Notes: generated from the sequence alone by a model not told the origin. A DNA stretch of 46,077 nucleotides from Tubiluchus corallicola (GCA_030141605.1 JAQGDQ010001341.1:1-46077); one strand, 5' to 3'. Shown: positions 11,100 through 24,201, counted from the first letter of the stretch. Program-made: numbers and translations.

Positions 11100-12683
11100 T
11101 TTTTATTAAGTCAGGTTCACACTGGCCTTAACACTATCCATAATGATAGTGCTCGTCCAAATAACTCTAATAAATTAAGACTATATAGACCGATCAAATC
11201 CGAGTAAAAACTCAAAAATCATCCTTGGATTACTGGTGTTTCTAGAGCTCATTAAGAAACCTACACAAAATTCCCTGTTAGCGCATACATTACAAATCTA
11301 ATGTTTTATTCATCCAAAGACAGATGTATATTGGCACAGAAGGTTTCCAAATTAGACAATAACTAGTTACTGGAAAAGCAGGATTATTGCGGAATTCGGA
11401 TAGGACGTAAAATTGGTGGCTAGATCGCCACATGTTAGGTAGTATTCTGATTAAAAAGTACATCAGAAACTTCAAAGTTCGATGCGTAGAACGACGAACT
11501 CGAGTCTATGAAAAAAATGGACAAAATTGAGAAAATCCACACAAAACGTGCGAGTATGCCAAAAAGAGAAGAGAACAAAAGTGCCAGGAGGAACTCAAAG
11601 AGCAGGAGGGGAATCACAAGGTTTGTCATTATTTTCATTGGCTAAAGCTGTCTCTCATCAACACATAACATCTTTGAAGCTGGTCGATATACCCAGGCTG
11701 CATAAGATTATGGATATTCATAAAATAAGACCAAAAATCCATAAAATAAAATATGAAAAATCTATAAAATAAGAAATGCATAAAATAAAAAAATATTTTT
11801 TTGAGATTTTTTTTGTATAAAATAAGGCAATCAAAACTGAATACAGGCATTGGGTAGGAAACTTCAGCCTAGAGGGCATTCTACATTCGTACCAAATAGA
11901 TGAATTATTTGAACTGAAGTGATGAATTACAAGGCATTGTCTCGTAAAATTTGATGAAATTTGAAGTGATATGAAACCGATAAAATTAAAACGAAACCGA
12001 TAAAATTAAAACTAAGTCCTGCGTGTTTAAAAACACGTTTCAAGCACTCCTGTTTTTACTTTTTAATTGATTTCCCCCTGGGCATCTCGTTCCAGATATA
12101 GTCTATTTCTTATTTTATTGATATCCATAAAATAAAATTTCAAAAATCCATAAAATAAGCTATTTTATACATATCCATAATCTTATGCACCCTGGATATA
12201 CCAGACCTAAAACAGCTGCTGACATGAGAAAATGTACTTTATGTAAGAATGGGAGCATGAATTTCACTTTATTATGCAATGCAATGTTTGTTGTCAAGAA
12301 AGGACTGCGTTCTTAAATCAAATATCAGATATCTTTCCAGAATTCTCATCCATGAGTGATATTGATGAGTTTATATTTTTTTAACAAAGTTGAGATGTGG
12401 AAGTTAAGAAATTGTTGATTAACTATGTGCATAAAATTTCCACAATACGTGATTCTAAATTAAGACGTACGAATTAATTTTGCTAGGAATTAATGTATTC
12501 AATCAGCACTGTGGTACATATGTAGATGTGTTTGTTATAAATTATGGTGTTTTTTATCAACTTCGCTTAAAAAGAGCTCTATATTTGTAGGGACGTGTTC
12601 CTGTATGCGTTGTTTATTTAAGTGTGTGATTTGTTAATTGTACTTGTGTTTATGTTTGTGAAATAAAGCATTTATTATTATTT
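11100..12683 (+). mobile_element. 5'-truncated LINE (RTEX-like ORF2 C-terminus plus 3' UTR), split by insertions
   Basis: NKLRLYR.IK...TKFPVSA at 11163-11285, then EAGRYT|RPKT...RKCTLC...EHEFHFIMQC (CCHC knuckle). Ends in AATAAA plus (TTA)n. Interrupted at ~11290-11670 and 11694-12194. Confidence 0.8.
11694..12194. mobile_element. hAT-type MITE, 501 bp
   Basis: TIRs CAGG(C/G)TGCATAAGATTATGGATAT. Perfect 8-bp TSD GATATACC at 11686-11693 and 12195-12202. Removing it restores the LINE codons GRYTRP. Confidence 0.95.
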
Positions 12684-12926
12684 ACTAGATAACTAAGACT
12701 ATAAATAGCTGCCTCATATAACTTGACCTTGACTCAAACAGCTTTTACAGCCGTTAAATTCACATCAGTTCAGTACTGAACCTTAACTACGTAACTCTTG
12801 TACTTGTAAAATGCATGTTGATTGTTCAAAACTTCAACGTTCGCTTTCATACGATCAGTTGCAACAAAAAGTAAATCTTAATTTAAGCAACATAATTGTG
12901 TTTCTGTTCAGAGGTCATTGTTCTTG

Positions 12927-14137
12927 CAACACTAGGGCTGTTTTTCAGCAACAATTCACTGTACTCTATCTTGGATAGCGTTATAGCGGGGTAAATTATT
13001 ACGTGAAACAGACTTCAACACTAGGGCTGTTTCTCAGCAACAATTCATTGTACTTTATCTTGGATAGCGTTATAGCGGGGTAAATTATTACGTGAAACAG
13101 ACTGCAACACTAGGGCTGTTTCTCAGAAACAATTCATTGTACTTTATCTTGGATAGCGTTATAACGGGGTAAATTATTACGTGAAACAGACTTCAACACT
13201 AGGGCTGTTTCTCAGAAACATATTTTTTTGTTTTTTGTTTTGCACAATTCATTGTACTTTATCTTGGATAGCGTTATAGCGGGGTAAATTATTACGTGAA
13301 ACAGACTGCAACACTAGGGCTGTTTCTCAGAAACAATTCATTGTACTTTATCTTGGATAGCGTTATAACGGGGTAAATTATTACGTGAAACAGACTTCAA
13401 CACTAGGGCTGTTTCTCAGCAACAATTCATTGTACTTTATCTTGGATAGCGTTATAGCGGGGTAAATTATTACGTGAAACAGACTTCAACACTAGGGCTG
13501 TTTCTCAGCAACAATTCATTGTACTTTATCTTGGATAGCATTATAGCGGGGTAAATTATTACGTGAAACAGACTTCAACACTAGGCTTTTGTTTTTGGGT
13601 TTTGTGGTTGCTGTTTCTCAGCAACAATTCATTTTTTGTACTTTATCTTGGATAGCATTATAGCGGGGTAAATTATTACGTGAAACAGACTTCAACACTA
13701 GGGCTGTTTCTCAGCAACAATTCATTGTACTTTATCTTGGATAGCATTATAGCGGGGTAAATTATTACGTGAAACAGACTTCAACACTAGGGCTGTTTCT
13801 CAGCAACAATTCATTGTACTTTATCTTGGATAGCATTATAGCGGGGTAAATTATTACGTGAAACAGACTTCAACACTAGGGCTGTTTCTCAGCAACAATT
13901 CATTGTACTTTATCTTGGATAGCATTATAGCGGGGTAAATTATTACGTGAAACAGACTTCAACACTAGGGCTGTTTCTCAGCAACAATTCATTGTACTTT
14001 ATCTTGGATAGCATTATAGCGGGGTAAATTATTACGTGAAACAGACTTCAACACTAGGGCTGTTTCTCAGCAACAATTCATTGTACTTTATCTTGGATAG
14101 CATTATAGCGGGGTAAATTATTACGTGAAACAGACTT
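12927..14137. repeat. Satellite array, 89-bp unit, ~13 copies
   Basis: ctagggctg recurs at 12932, 13021, 13110, 13199 and onward. Copies are near-identical. Confidence 0.98.
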
Positions 14138-15860
14138 TTGGCACAGCAGTTACTTTGGCGGATGGCAGGAGGCGGGGTTTGCGGTATTCCCTATATTTAA
14201 TATACTATGGAAATCGGAACAGGTCTGGCGTTATAATGGGGGGGGGGGGGGGCGTTAAAACGAGGTTCAACTGTATAAGGCTTCATATGGATAATTTATA
14301 ATTTACAACGTGTTTATATTATTTAGCAACAACAAAACATTTTACATCACATCACATCACATATTAACAATATCAATTATTCTGTTCTGTTCTGTCCTGT
14401 TCTGTTCTACATTGTTTGTTTAACATTATAAAGTTACATATAATATATAAAGACATGCAAAATCAGTGAAAGATGATCTCTACAAGAAGAAATATGGTTA
14501 AATCACAAGAATTAGTTTAAAAGCCTCGAAAAGCTGTACCTGATGTTATTTTCATCAACAATTATGTCAGAACGGAAGCCAGTGCACTTACACACATGTG
14601 AAACTAAATCCTCAAAGAAATGTGCTGCCCGATCTAACATTTGCACACAAACTGCTACATGCATTGACTACAATACCAACAAAACATATACATATAATCA
14701 CGAAAGGGGGACATAAAAATGAGGGACTTGCAGACCTGAGATGAGAACTAGTGAGTTCTGAAAACATCGTCGTTTAGTAATATCTTTTGCAAATTTTAGT
14801 CAAACAATCTGTAGAAAAAACATTGACTTGTGCGACTCTTGGAAGGAGATAACATAGAGGAGGACCAGCGCTACACGTCTCGTTTGAATGAGCCTCACAC
14901 CAGTAGGAGCAGGGACAAGTTGATCAGAAGTTCCATTTTGGGCCATGCTCGCTAGAAGCTACAGAGCTGCTTGCATTGTTCTAACGTCATTCCATTGCGC
15001 ATTGCCTATAACTTTACTTCAGTAAAAGTTGCTGCTGGCTTTACATTAGATAATTATTAAATAAACACTACATAGCATGTTCGTGCATTATCGATTTTAA
15101 GTGCATTTATACTCAAAATTTTCGGCGGGGGCCTTTGCTAGTGTATAATTAATTAATTAAGAAGTAGTTAGGTCGTAACGCCGAACAGCCACAAGGTCGT
15201 AAGTCAATGATTACTTGTATTGCTAAATTTTGCTTAACATTTAAGCTGTTAGGCCAACGTTTTAAAAGTTGGAAACATCGTCAAATTGTTTTCCTCGTGA
15301 AAGAGGTCTAATTTTAACTTTGAATATAGAGAAAAACATGGTTGCTAAAACTGCTATAATTTTGTAACTTTTCGTCTTGATTTATAAACCAAATGTACTT
15401 TTATGAAGCACAGAAACAGAGCTTTCGTTCGCTGTATCACACATACACCTACGTGAACATTTTTTCACCATTACAAGGGCCACATTCGCTTATGTCTTTA
15501 CACATGACAAATGAAAATAAATGTACGTGACCTTGATAGGGTGATTGTGTGCATCACTGCAAACTTGTGCAAGTTCAATTTGTGCATCCAATGAAGATCA
15601 CATGTTGCTGTAAGCTCTAAACATGAGCATTCCTCCGTGTTGAATTTTAAATGTCACCGGTTCACCTATAAACACAAAATGCATGTTTCAGTAAGACCTA
15701 GCGTTGATGACAATGTCCTTAAAGAGGAAGAAAATCCCATTTTACGTGCATTTCAAAAACCTTTCCTCAAACATTTCATTACCTAGCATTACGCTCACGT
15801 GTTTCAAAGACTTATGCAACTAGAAAAAAAATCTTTGTAATGTAAAGTGCTCGCACCAAT

Positions 15861-15949
15861 TGGTAAAACCTCACTGATTCACCTTCCCAGTGTGCACCAC
15901 TGGCTGGTAAAACGTCACTGACTCACCTTCCCAGTGTGCACCACTGGCT
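15861..15949. repeat. 44-bp direct duplication
   Basis: tggtaaaac(c/g)tcactga(t/c)tcaccttcccagtgtgcaccactggc twice. Confidence 0.9.
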
Positions 15950-17074
15950 CACCGCGAATCGTATTCTTAATCTTATTGACAAGATCCAGTAATTTATACC
16001 TTTCCTAAGTGTGGGCCACGAATGTTTGATTCTTATTTCAAACTTCACGCAATGTTATCTAAACTCGTTTCAAACGACTTACCGTTAAAATGGTTTTCAA
16101 TTTTTTCAAATTTTCAAACCGTTTTCAACAACGTTGCTACTAGTACAAGCTCTGCGTGCAATAAGACAGCGTAAAGTTGATATTAAAATTTCAAGATGAA
16201 ATTTTTAAAGCTGTTTATGTAAGGATTACAATTGAAATATTTCTGTTTCTGCCTAATCGCATTAGTAATATCTTTTTATCGTGCGCCCGGCCAGGAATTT
16301 TATAGTTTTTTGTACATTAATATACTTACTTCATATGTACATACATTCATATTCATAAAACGCTATACAAACGCGTTATTTTTTATTTAAATGTAAAATG
16401 CAATCATTACTATTACATCATTCTTTTGGGGAACGCTGAACGCGGCCGTGTTTTTTCACGGCTAACTCTTGGCCGGGGTTGCCGTTGTGCATGATGCTCG
16501 TTGTATTGGAGGCTAAAAAGTATCGAATTTTCCACCGAATCAACCAAGTAGAGTTGCCGCTTATACCATAATTATCAAAACATACGTTCATGATGCAAAA
16601 TGACAAAAAATAGACTATACAATAATCGATAATTACACGATAATTTAGTAATGTGAAGCAAAAAACAAAGCACGAAAAATGCTAAATAGTGGGAAATAAA
16701 CAAGCTTTTATTACAACTGATTTTAAATATTTCACGATTGACCTTTAAACATTCACAAAGCTTTAAAAAAAATTTTCCTCCCTACTGACAACTTTTGAGC
16801 TCATGAGGTAAGACAAACAAATTCCTTCGTGGCTGGCCTATGTAAAGTTTTCTTGTGGCCTAAGTACCAACACTCAAAGAAAAGACAGCCTTGACAGTAA
16901 GACCTTGGGGACTCAAAGATCAATTGTGTTTAGCGACCAAAGTGGCAATTGTAAACATAATCTACGGAAACCCAAATTTGAGGTCACACAAGTTCGAACT
17001 TGTACAGCAACATAATTCACCTAGTTACCAACACCCTAAATCACCAAAAATGTTTTAAAAAACAATCTAGACAT

Positions 17075-17245
17075 TTACATAGCAGTAAACTCACCAGCTG
17101 AAACAAATATCACTGATCCTCTGGTGATGTTCAGAATTTCACCATCTGAACTGTCCTTAATGATTTGTGCATTACCTAGGATAGTTAGTACAATACTAGC
17201 AGTATCCAACTGTTCTAGTGTATACTCCACCATGCCTACAGGAAC
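17075..17245 (-). CDS. MPI: Mannose-6-phosphate isomerase exon 8 (3' end uncertain: donor after 17095 or read-through to TAA at 17075)
   Basis: Acceptor tctag. VPVGMVEYTLEQLDTASIVLTILGNA...RGSVIFVSA matches the C-terminal cupin of type I PMI. Confidence 0.88.
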   Translation of the reverse strand, partial: VPVGMVEYTLEQLDTASIVLTILGNAQIIKDSSDGEILNITRGSVIFVSAGEFTAM

Positions 17246-17882
17246 CTAGACAAATGTCATTATAACAATATATTATAAATTTGTAGAAGAAAACAGTTGC
17301 ATAATAAAATGCGACAAGATGTCAAGGTTCAAATAAACATCTACAGTAAAATGCAATAAATCCACTCGTGAGATAATTTTAGTTTGATATTTTGTCAACA
17401 GATGGAGAAATGCGCTTTGCTAAAATGCAGGATACAAGACTGTATTGTCGTATCTTGCCCTCGCATTCGTAGAGCCTTTCGTTTTCTGTGCTAGAAGAAA
17501 ACGGACGGAATCCACGGAAAGGACAACTGAAACGAAAATAGCTAATGAAAAACAGAAATGGCTCGACTTCCAACTTTTCTGCAAATTTGATGCGTACTAG
17601 AGACGGAATTTCCTCCACTTGCTACTTTCCGACAAAACTACGCAGTTTTTTCAACATTTCACAACCTTAATAGAATTCAACGAGTTTTATTTATCATGCA
17701 ACTAGCGATCCTACTTTCACTTTGTTTTTGCATTTACCACGAGAAATACCAGAGAAGGTTTCCACTGTTCACGCAAACACAATCTGATGATGTTAAGCAT
17801 GCAATAGCTAGCCAGAGAATTTCCTGATGATTTGTACGAACAAGATAGGATATTGTTCTGTAAATTTTTTGTGCGAATTAAA

Positions 17883-18246
17883 TGTTGGCATTCTGGTGCG
17901 TTTCTTTCTCTTGAGCCGTCAAATTAAACTAGTTTATTGTGTGAGAATTCTACAACACAAAGTGTGAAGGAACTAAAAATATGTACAGTCAATGTGATAA
18001 TCTGGAAATATGTAAGCAAGAGTGCGTATCTGAGAATCTGAGAATACGAGAATGAACTTGAGCGGCCAGCTCCGCCTTATCTATCAGTGCAAATGGACAA
18101 CACCAGAACAATCTAGAAACCACTACGCGCATCGCGTATAGAAAGTTCTAGAATCTACGATTACTTCTACAAGGTAAGACGATTGTTCTACTATACTATA
18201 GAACATTCTACAATTTTCTATTTAATTTTAATGGATCTCCACAACA
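17883..18246 (-). mobile_element. Probable solo LTR
   Basis: TGTTG...CAACA termini. AATAAA on the minus strand at ~17933 and a cluster of TCTAGAA/TTCTA motifs. No TSD visible. Confidence 0.4.
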
Positions 18247-18761
18247 CATTCTTATTCTATCTTAGGCAAATACAAACACCTGACAGACTACGTATTTAAT
18301 TCATATAAAAATTAATTTTTTAATCACAATCCATTGCACATCACATAATTCCATGATAAATATTACTTACAGGGAACTGACGATTGGAACTGATGTGGAA
18401 TTGATGATTCTTTGAAACCGAGTCTGTTCAATTTTGAAACGGAAAATCGGATCGGAGGCCCTACATTTGGTCTTATATAGTTGTATGTAATATTGGTACT
18501 AACAATGTGTGCGAGTAAAACCATTCTTGCCCTTATTCTAAAATAAACTAGAAACTTTAATTTAATATGGACTGAGCAAAATAAATATTAATTGATCTGT
18601 GATCACTTAAAACTTAGGAAACAACAGCGAAGTTCGACTGGTTGGCAATTTCAAATTGCAGACTATTACTCGATCGTTTAGGGCATAGGGCAATACACAT
18701 CTACCTTACCCAGTTTAGTAGAGGGTGGATGTGCTGTGTTTTTTTAAAAAGTGGGTGTGGC

Positions 18762-19524
18762 CAGGGATGTTACCAAAATGAAATTTTCAGTTTGGTTTGC
18801 CGATAACTGCACTTTCGGTTTCGGCGAAATTTATTAAGTTCTGCAGCCAAAATTTCAGATACTTTTCGGCAGCATTTTTCAGAGGTTTTACAAGTATTTA
18901 TTCAATTTACCTTTCCCTTTCTCCTAGATGTCAAAAACCACTCAAAAATATTGGCTAAAATAGTTCAACTGAAGCGAAAATTGTGTTTACATAACAGCTT
19001 GTGACCTGCTTTTACTGGCAATGCGGCATATCTTCAATACTGGCCACTGTGAAGTTATAAAGTCTCCAGATCCAATCAATCGAAATATCAAACCATGCTT
19101 GAATTTACTTGAGCAAAATCGTTTTTAATTTTGTAATTTATGAAATATAGGCAACAAAATATTTACAAAATAAATTTCTTTATTTTAATGAAGCATTATG
19201 ATCTTTAAACATTAATCATAAGGAAACTTAAATCCAAAAACATTGTAACACATTAATTTTTCTAATGTGAGCCACTCCGTCAAACTTGAGGTTCTATGTA
19301 CTATAAAACATCTTTCTCTTTTTATCAGTAATTTGGCATGGCATCGCAAATAAAAGCAGACAAACAAGAAAGAAAATATTTTACTTATTTTAGAATTTTA
19401 TTTATTTTTGTTTTAATACAAGTCGGTTTTGCAAAAATGTTTCTGTTCGTTTTTTTGGTATCGGTTTCCTGTGTTTGATAAATTTCGGTTTCGGTTTGTA
19501 AATTCAGTTTTGGTAACATCCCTG
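18762..19524. mobile_element. hAT-like MITE
   Basis: Perfect TIRs CAGGGATGTTACCAAAA and subterminal TTTCGG repeats. No clear TSD. Confidence 0.8.
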
Positions 19525-19738
19525 ATCTGCCATACTCAGTTTTACAAACGGCAGATGTACTGCATGTATTTTAAAAAACGTGGATGCGGTCAGGTCACAT
19601 GAAGTCATGTACAAGCGGTGTGAAATAGCCCTATGGTTTACAAACAGAAAAGACTTAAACAGCTCTTAGGAAAAATTCCAATGCATTATAAAAAAAGACT
19701 AGTCCTACTTATTTATAAGCAAACTATGTAACACTCAC

Positions 19739-19947
19739 GTCAATTTTAGCAACGCAAAAATCCGGAACTGGCGGATCATACACGGAGACAACTCCATCGG
19801 ATGCATGTTTAACACACTGAAATTTATTCTCCTCCGCAGAGCTGCATTTGTATTCCAACATGCCGCACAGTGTGTCGGTGTCAATAAATTTCGGCGTGAG
19901 TCCGGCTCGAATCGTATTGTCAGAACAAGCCATGCACTCTATTGCAT
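19739..19947 (-). CDS. MPI: Mannose-6-phosphate isomerase exon 7
   Basis: DAIECMACSDNTIRAGLTPKFID...YDPPVPDF (PMI signature). AG/GT borders, 209 bp. Confidence 0.97.
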
Positions 19948-20413
19948 CTGCAAGGCAATATTCGGCATATAAGTCAATATACATTTAAAAGTCCAAAACA
20001 TCGAATTTAGATCTGATTTCAAAAACTGCTGCATAGCAAAGGCATAATGAACGCTAAGCAATAATCGCCAACCCTGGTTACAAATTGGATGGTTGACCAT
20101 CTGCAATATTACCTCCAGGAAGTTTTGCCTGCCACGACTTGATGGGAACGAATTTATGAAATTGGCAACATTTCGCCCTCACAGATAATATCAAGAGTCC
20201 AGTCCTGCCACACATACAAAACCAGTAGTGCAACTGCCATTGAGTACTGAATTCAGGCTTGCAATTTGCCAAACTGTGTGAAAACTCAAAACTGATTGTA
20301 TAACAAAACAGAAAACTCTTTGCACACACGGTAATTACTGCGAAATTAAAAAAACTCAATCCTCGCGGTGATGCAAGCACAAAATTACAAACCACAAACA
20401 TAATTCTCAGGTA

Positions 20414-20946
20414 CCGTATATACTCGCATATAAGCCGAATTTAGAACTATAAAATACAATACTGAAATCAGGGGGTCGGCTTATATGCGCATGAAACAAA
20501 ATGAACACAAGGACAGACACGAATGCCAATTTTCCAGCCACACATTTTCATCGCTATCTGACTCTTTATAAAAAATTCACATTTCAATAAATGTTTCTAA
20601 TTATTTTTAAGAACACTACGTTAAATTATAAACAGAAATGTTATAATTTTTCGTGAATAAATAGAAAACAAAATATTTTCTTCTTTATTCATATCAAAAT
20701 GTATAATTTCTTCTATTTCTTCTAGTATGTAACATAAAAGTAAGCATTTTACATCTTTATAGTAAAAAATTTCCATGAACCAAAAATACCCAATTAACAA
20801 AATGTGACAAAAAGGGATCAATTTTGTTGATTGGGTATGGAGTAAAATTAGACAAGTTGATGGTCGGCTTATATACGGGTTTTTGCAAAAACTGGCCATT
20901 TTAAAGCAGTTTTAGGGGGGGTCGGCTTATATGCGAGTATATACGG
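20414..20946. mobile_element. Tc1/mariner (Tc2/pogo-type) MITE, 533 bp
   Basis: TIRs CCGTATATACTCGCATATAAGCCGA, TA on both sides, internal GTCGGCTTATA repeats. Confidence 0.93.
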
Positions 20947-21241
20947 TAAGAGATCTCTTGCAACAATAATGTTTTTTATCATACAGGTTTTTCTAGCACA
21001 CACAAATTTAAAATGATTGCAAATTCTTAACTGTCAGTAATTTCGATCATTTGATGCTAGTGCATTAATTTCTTGCTTTTTCATATCTCAGTTTTAAAAA
21101 CTGTGTAATCTGACAAAATAAACTATTATTGTTGTATATTTTAAACTAATTTATTTCTATTTGTTGTTGTTTTGTAATAGCTATCCATGGCACACACTAG
21201 TGGGCACAACATTGGTATTGATTATGGCTATATAATTTTAC

Positions 21242-21826
21242 CAGTGGTGGATTTAGGGTGTGGGCCTAAGGGGTCTGAGCCCAACCTTTCATGATAGCAG
21301 TTACAGCACACCAAGTGAATATTTTCTCTGGATTATAAGCTTTAGAACGCTTAGCGGTAGCTTTTAATGACTTATATCGAGTAAAAGGTTCTGCATTCAT
21401 GATTTCAGTGTAAAAACGTTTGTGCCCTTTAAGTGATAATTGAAGTTTTTGGCAAAGATGTCGTTGTGCAATTATATGCTGTACTCGAGTGTATACTAGT
21501 ATACTGGTGTGTAATTAAGAGTCAAAAGGATTGAGGTGACATAATGAGTTTTAAACTATTGAATTTGCTTAACTATGAACCATGAATTTTATTTCACACA
21601 TCAAAAAAATACAATATCAAACACATTAATAAGTTTTAAATAAAATAATTTGAGTAGTGCGAGGTGAGTGTACAACCATACCGTCATTAACACACTCACT
21701 TAAGGAAATAGTAAGAAAAATGGCCTAAAATGCATTAGTAGCCGGGGTTCCCCAGGCCCCCTAGCTGCTTTTTCGTTGGGCCCACCCTTTTTGTAAAGCC
21801 TGTAATACAGGCTGTATCCGTCGCTG
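21242..21826. mobile_element. MITE with CAGTGGCGGAT-type termini inserted in a LINE 3' UTR
   Basis: cagtggtggat...atccgtcgctg. The flanks join to match the uninterrupted sequence at 1459-1530. Confidence 0.7.
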
Positions 21827-24201
21827 TTTGCTGTTTACTTTTACTCATGTATACATTAATTTTTGTGCCTGATAAATAATAACAATAAAGTGATTTCGCT
21901 TAACCAACTACATTTTTTTCAAGAAAAAAATGCTAAAAATTTAAAAGTTGTCAAGATGGAAAACGATAATAGTCTGCAATATACTTGCTAGTCACCTACT
22001 GTGGCAGCTACTATCACCGCTGTGTGTAACATTATAGCTCTGTTTGAATTTCACACAATTTAGCAGGACAAAATCAAAGAGATACACTTTCAGCAAACGC
22101 CTTTCTACTGCAGTCCTGAGCTCTTTAATAAGCAAATAATACCATCTACAGCGCACTAATTCAAGTAATATTAATTTGACATAAAAACGAAAATGACAAA
22201 ATACCTCAGCTAATAATGCCTGAAGTTCAGTATGCATAAACGGGTCACGTAAACACACACACACACAAACACGTCCTTTCAAATACACTGCAGAAAGTAA
22301 TGGACGCTTGGTACAGTACGAAAACAATGAATTGTACCGTACCATTGTGACGTCACACCTACAGCACACCACTAGACTACTGTTTGGTAAAACAATCCTT
22401 GTCAAACACGTGTCACAGAACTAATAATTTATTATAAAACATGCTAAAATATCTGTTATTGGGCTTAGCAGCTAATTTATGATAATGATGCCTGTAAATG
22501 CGACCTGCGATGCTGGCTGATGTACACTTTTATCTATGCAATTTCAGGCGACTCACTGACACTTTTTGACCCTATTTCTCATTGTGGTTCCTTAACGGTG
22601 GCAAAGATGTCACTTAGATGATCCAAAATCATGCTACTGATAAGCATTAAACAGACAATCTTGAGAGATACCTGCAAGATGCGTTGGAAGAGCTTAAGTT
22701 CTGTGAGTAGCTGTTCCAGTCATACACCTTAAAATAACGGGCGTACCAACAAAATAACAGGCTTGCACACTGTGTGCATGGTGGATTAGCTACTGTTTCA
22801 GCAATACATGTAGTAAATTGATCTCTAGCAAAAATTTCTATACCACCCGGCAGTTTTACGGTTGACTTATAATACATAATAATTTAATTTTAACAATAAT
22901 CCTTCTCCAAGTTGTATAGGTTAACTATTTATTAATGTAATTTAATTGTACGATGTACATGTTTCACTGGCATATTTTGCCAAGTGCAAAAATATAATCA
23001 AATCCATGTCAGTGCTGCCACCTGTTAGGCATTTTCAACATAAACTATATTTCTACAGGTACGAGACAGGTACAAATTTGTTGATTTGAAAAGGGAAGCT
23101 TATTCATAGTCAGACATTTAGCTGGACACTCAGTTATACAGACTTACTTGCTTGGGCCCTTGCAGTGACCCAGGGAAAAGAGGGAATTTATTAAGGTAAA
23201 TGATGCTCATAAATAACTGCATTAAAACCTATAATATAGCCTGCCAAATAGTGTACGTTAATCGGCAATGTACAGATCAATAAATTCTATACAGAATGTA
23301 AGGATTTATACATAGGACCGGGGCTGGATTATGACTTTTAGGACACCTGGGCTAATGAAATTGTGGGCCCCCCTCAGACGGAGCCACCTCTGCTCTCACT
23401 CGTCTCAAATGTTTTTACTTGCGATATAAACTTTTGCATAGCTGAGGGCCGCACATTTCAAATCAAGGGCTTCAAAGAGGGATCCTTATCTCAAATAAAC
23501 GGTCTCAAACAGGCATCCTTTACCTCAAATGGGGAGCCACTTTAAAGCTGGATTTTCAGGCTTCCTGCCTCCTTTCTTAAAATCAGCAATGCAAAGTATG
23601 GACCCTCCCAAGGTTCAGAAGATCTAGGTTGGAGCCCATATTAGCCTATAGGGTAAACCAGTCCTTCAAAGCACCCAAAACCCCTCTACACCACCAAAAG
23701 CAGACCACACCGAAACAGAAACTGGCAAGTTTGCACACGGGTGCGCATAGTTTCAAATTTCTCAGTTTCAGTGCAGAAACATGTGTACCTTAAATACATG
23801 ACTTCCTCTTGTTTGCCTTACTGTACCATATTCTAGTTAATTATCCAAAATTCATTGCAATACATATGCATGCAGGATGTGTGTGTATGCATGCAGAATA
23901 CATGCCCCCATGAGGACATTTTCGAGAACTAATGCTTTTAAAATACACATCGAAAAATACTCATTTAAAATACCATACAATTTTTGAAGTGATCAAATGA
24001 TTTGTCGTTGTATGCTTCTATTTTGTAAATCTGTATGTTTTATGTATTTACTTATTGTAACTTTAAGGAATTTAGTATGATTACGGTTTAATCTCGTAAA
24101 CCTTTTTTAAGTCCGTCATGGTGATTTTGACATCTTTGTGAAGTGTCTTTGAATATTCTCAGTCGTGCTGTCTATAGATTTATACGCTATACAAAATAAA
24201 T

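Larger units (their letters stand above)
10424..14273. mobile_element. pogo/Tigger-type termini enclosing nested insertions and a satellite
   Basis: TA|CAGCGAAACCTCGTTATAAC at 10424 and GTTAAAACGAGGTTCAACTG|TA ending at 14273. The inverted match is imperfect, so the two ends may belong to two related elements. Confidence 0.5.

Noticed and set aside
13221-13640. T/G-rich insertions in two satellite units
   Set aside because: Low-complexity interruptions in otherwise near-identical units look like long-read consensus errors.
12927-14137. Regular array as a possible CRISPR
   Set aside because: Units are near-identical end to end with no unique spacers. The context is eukaryotic and there are no cas genes.
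14514-14668. 51-codon minus-strand frame after an acceptor-like site (SMHVAVCVQMLDRAAHFF...)
   Set aside because: Wrong phase for MPI and no recognisable homology.
16646-16700. IFRAL motif as a candidate MPI last exon
   Set aside because: There is an upstream in-frame stop and no phase-compatible acceptor.
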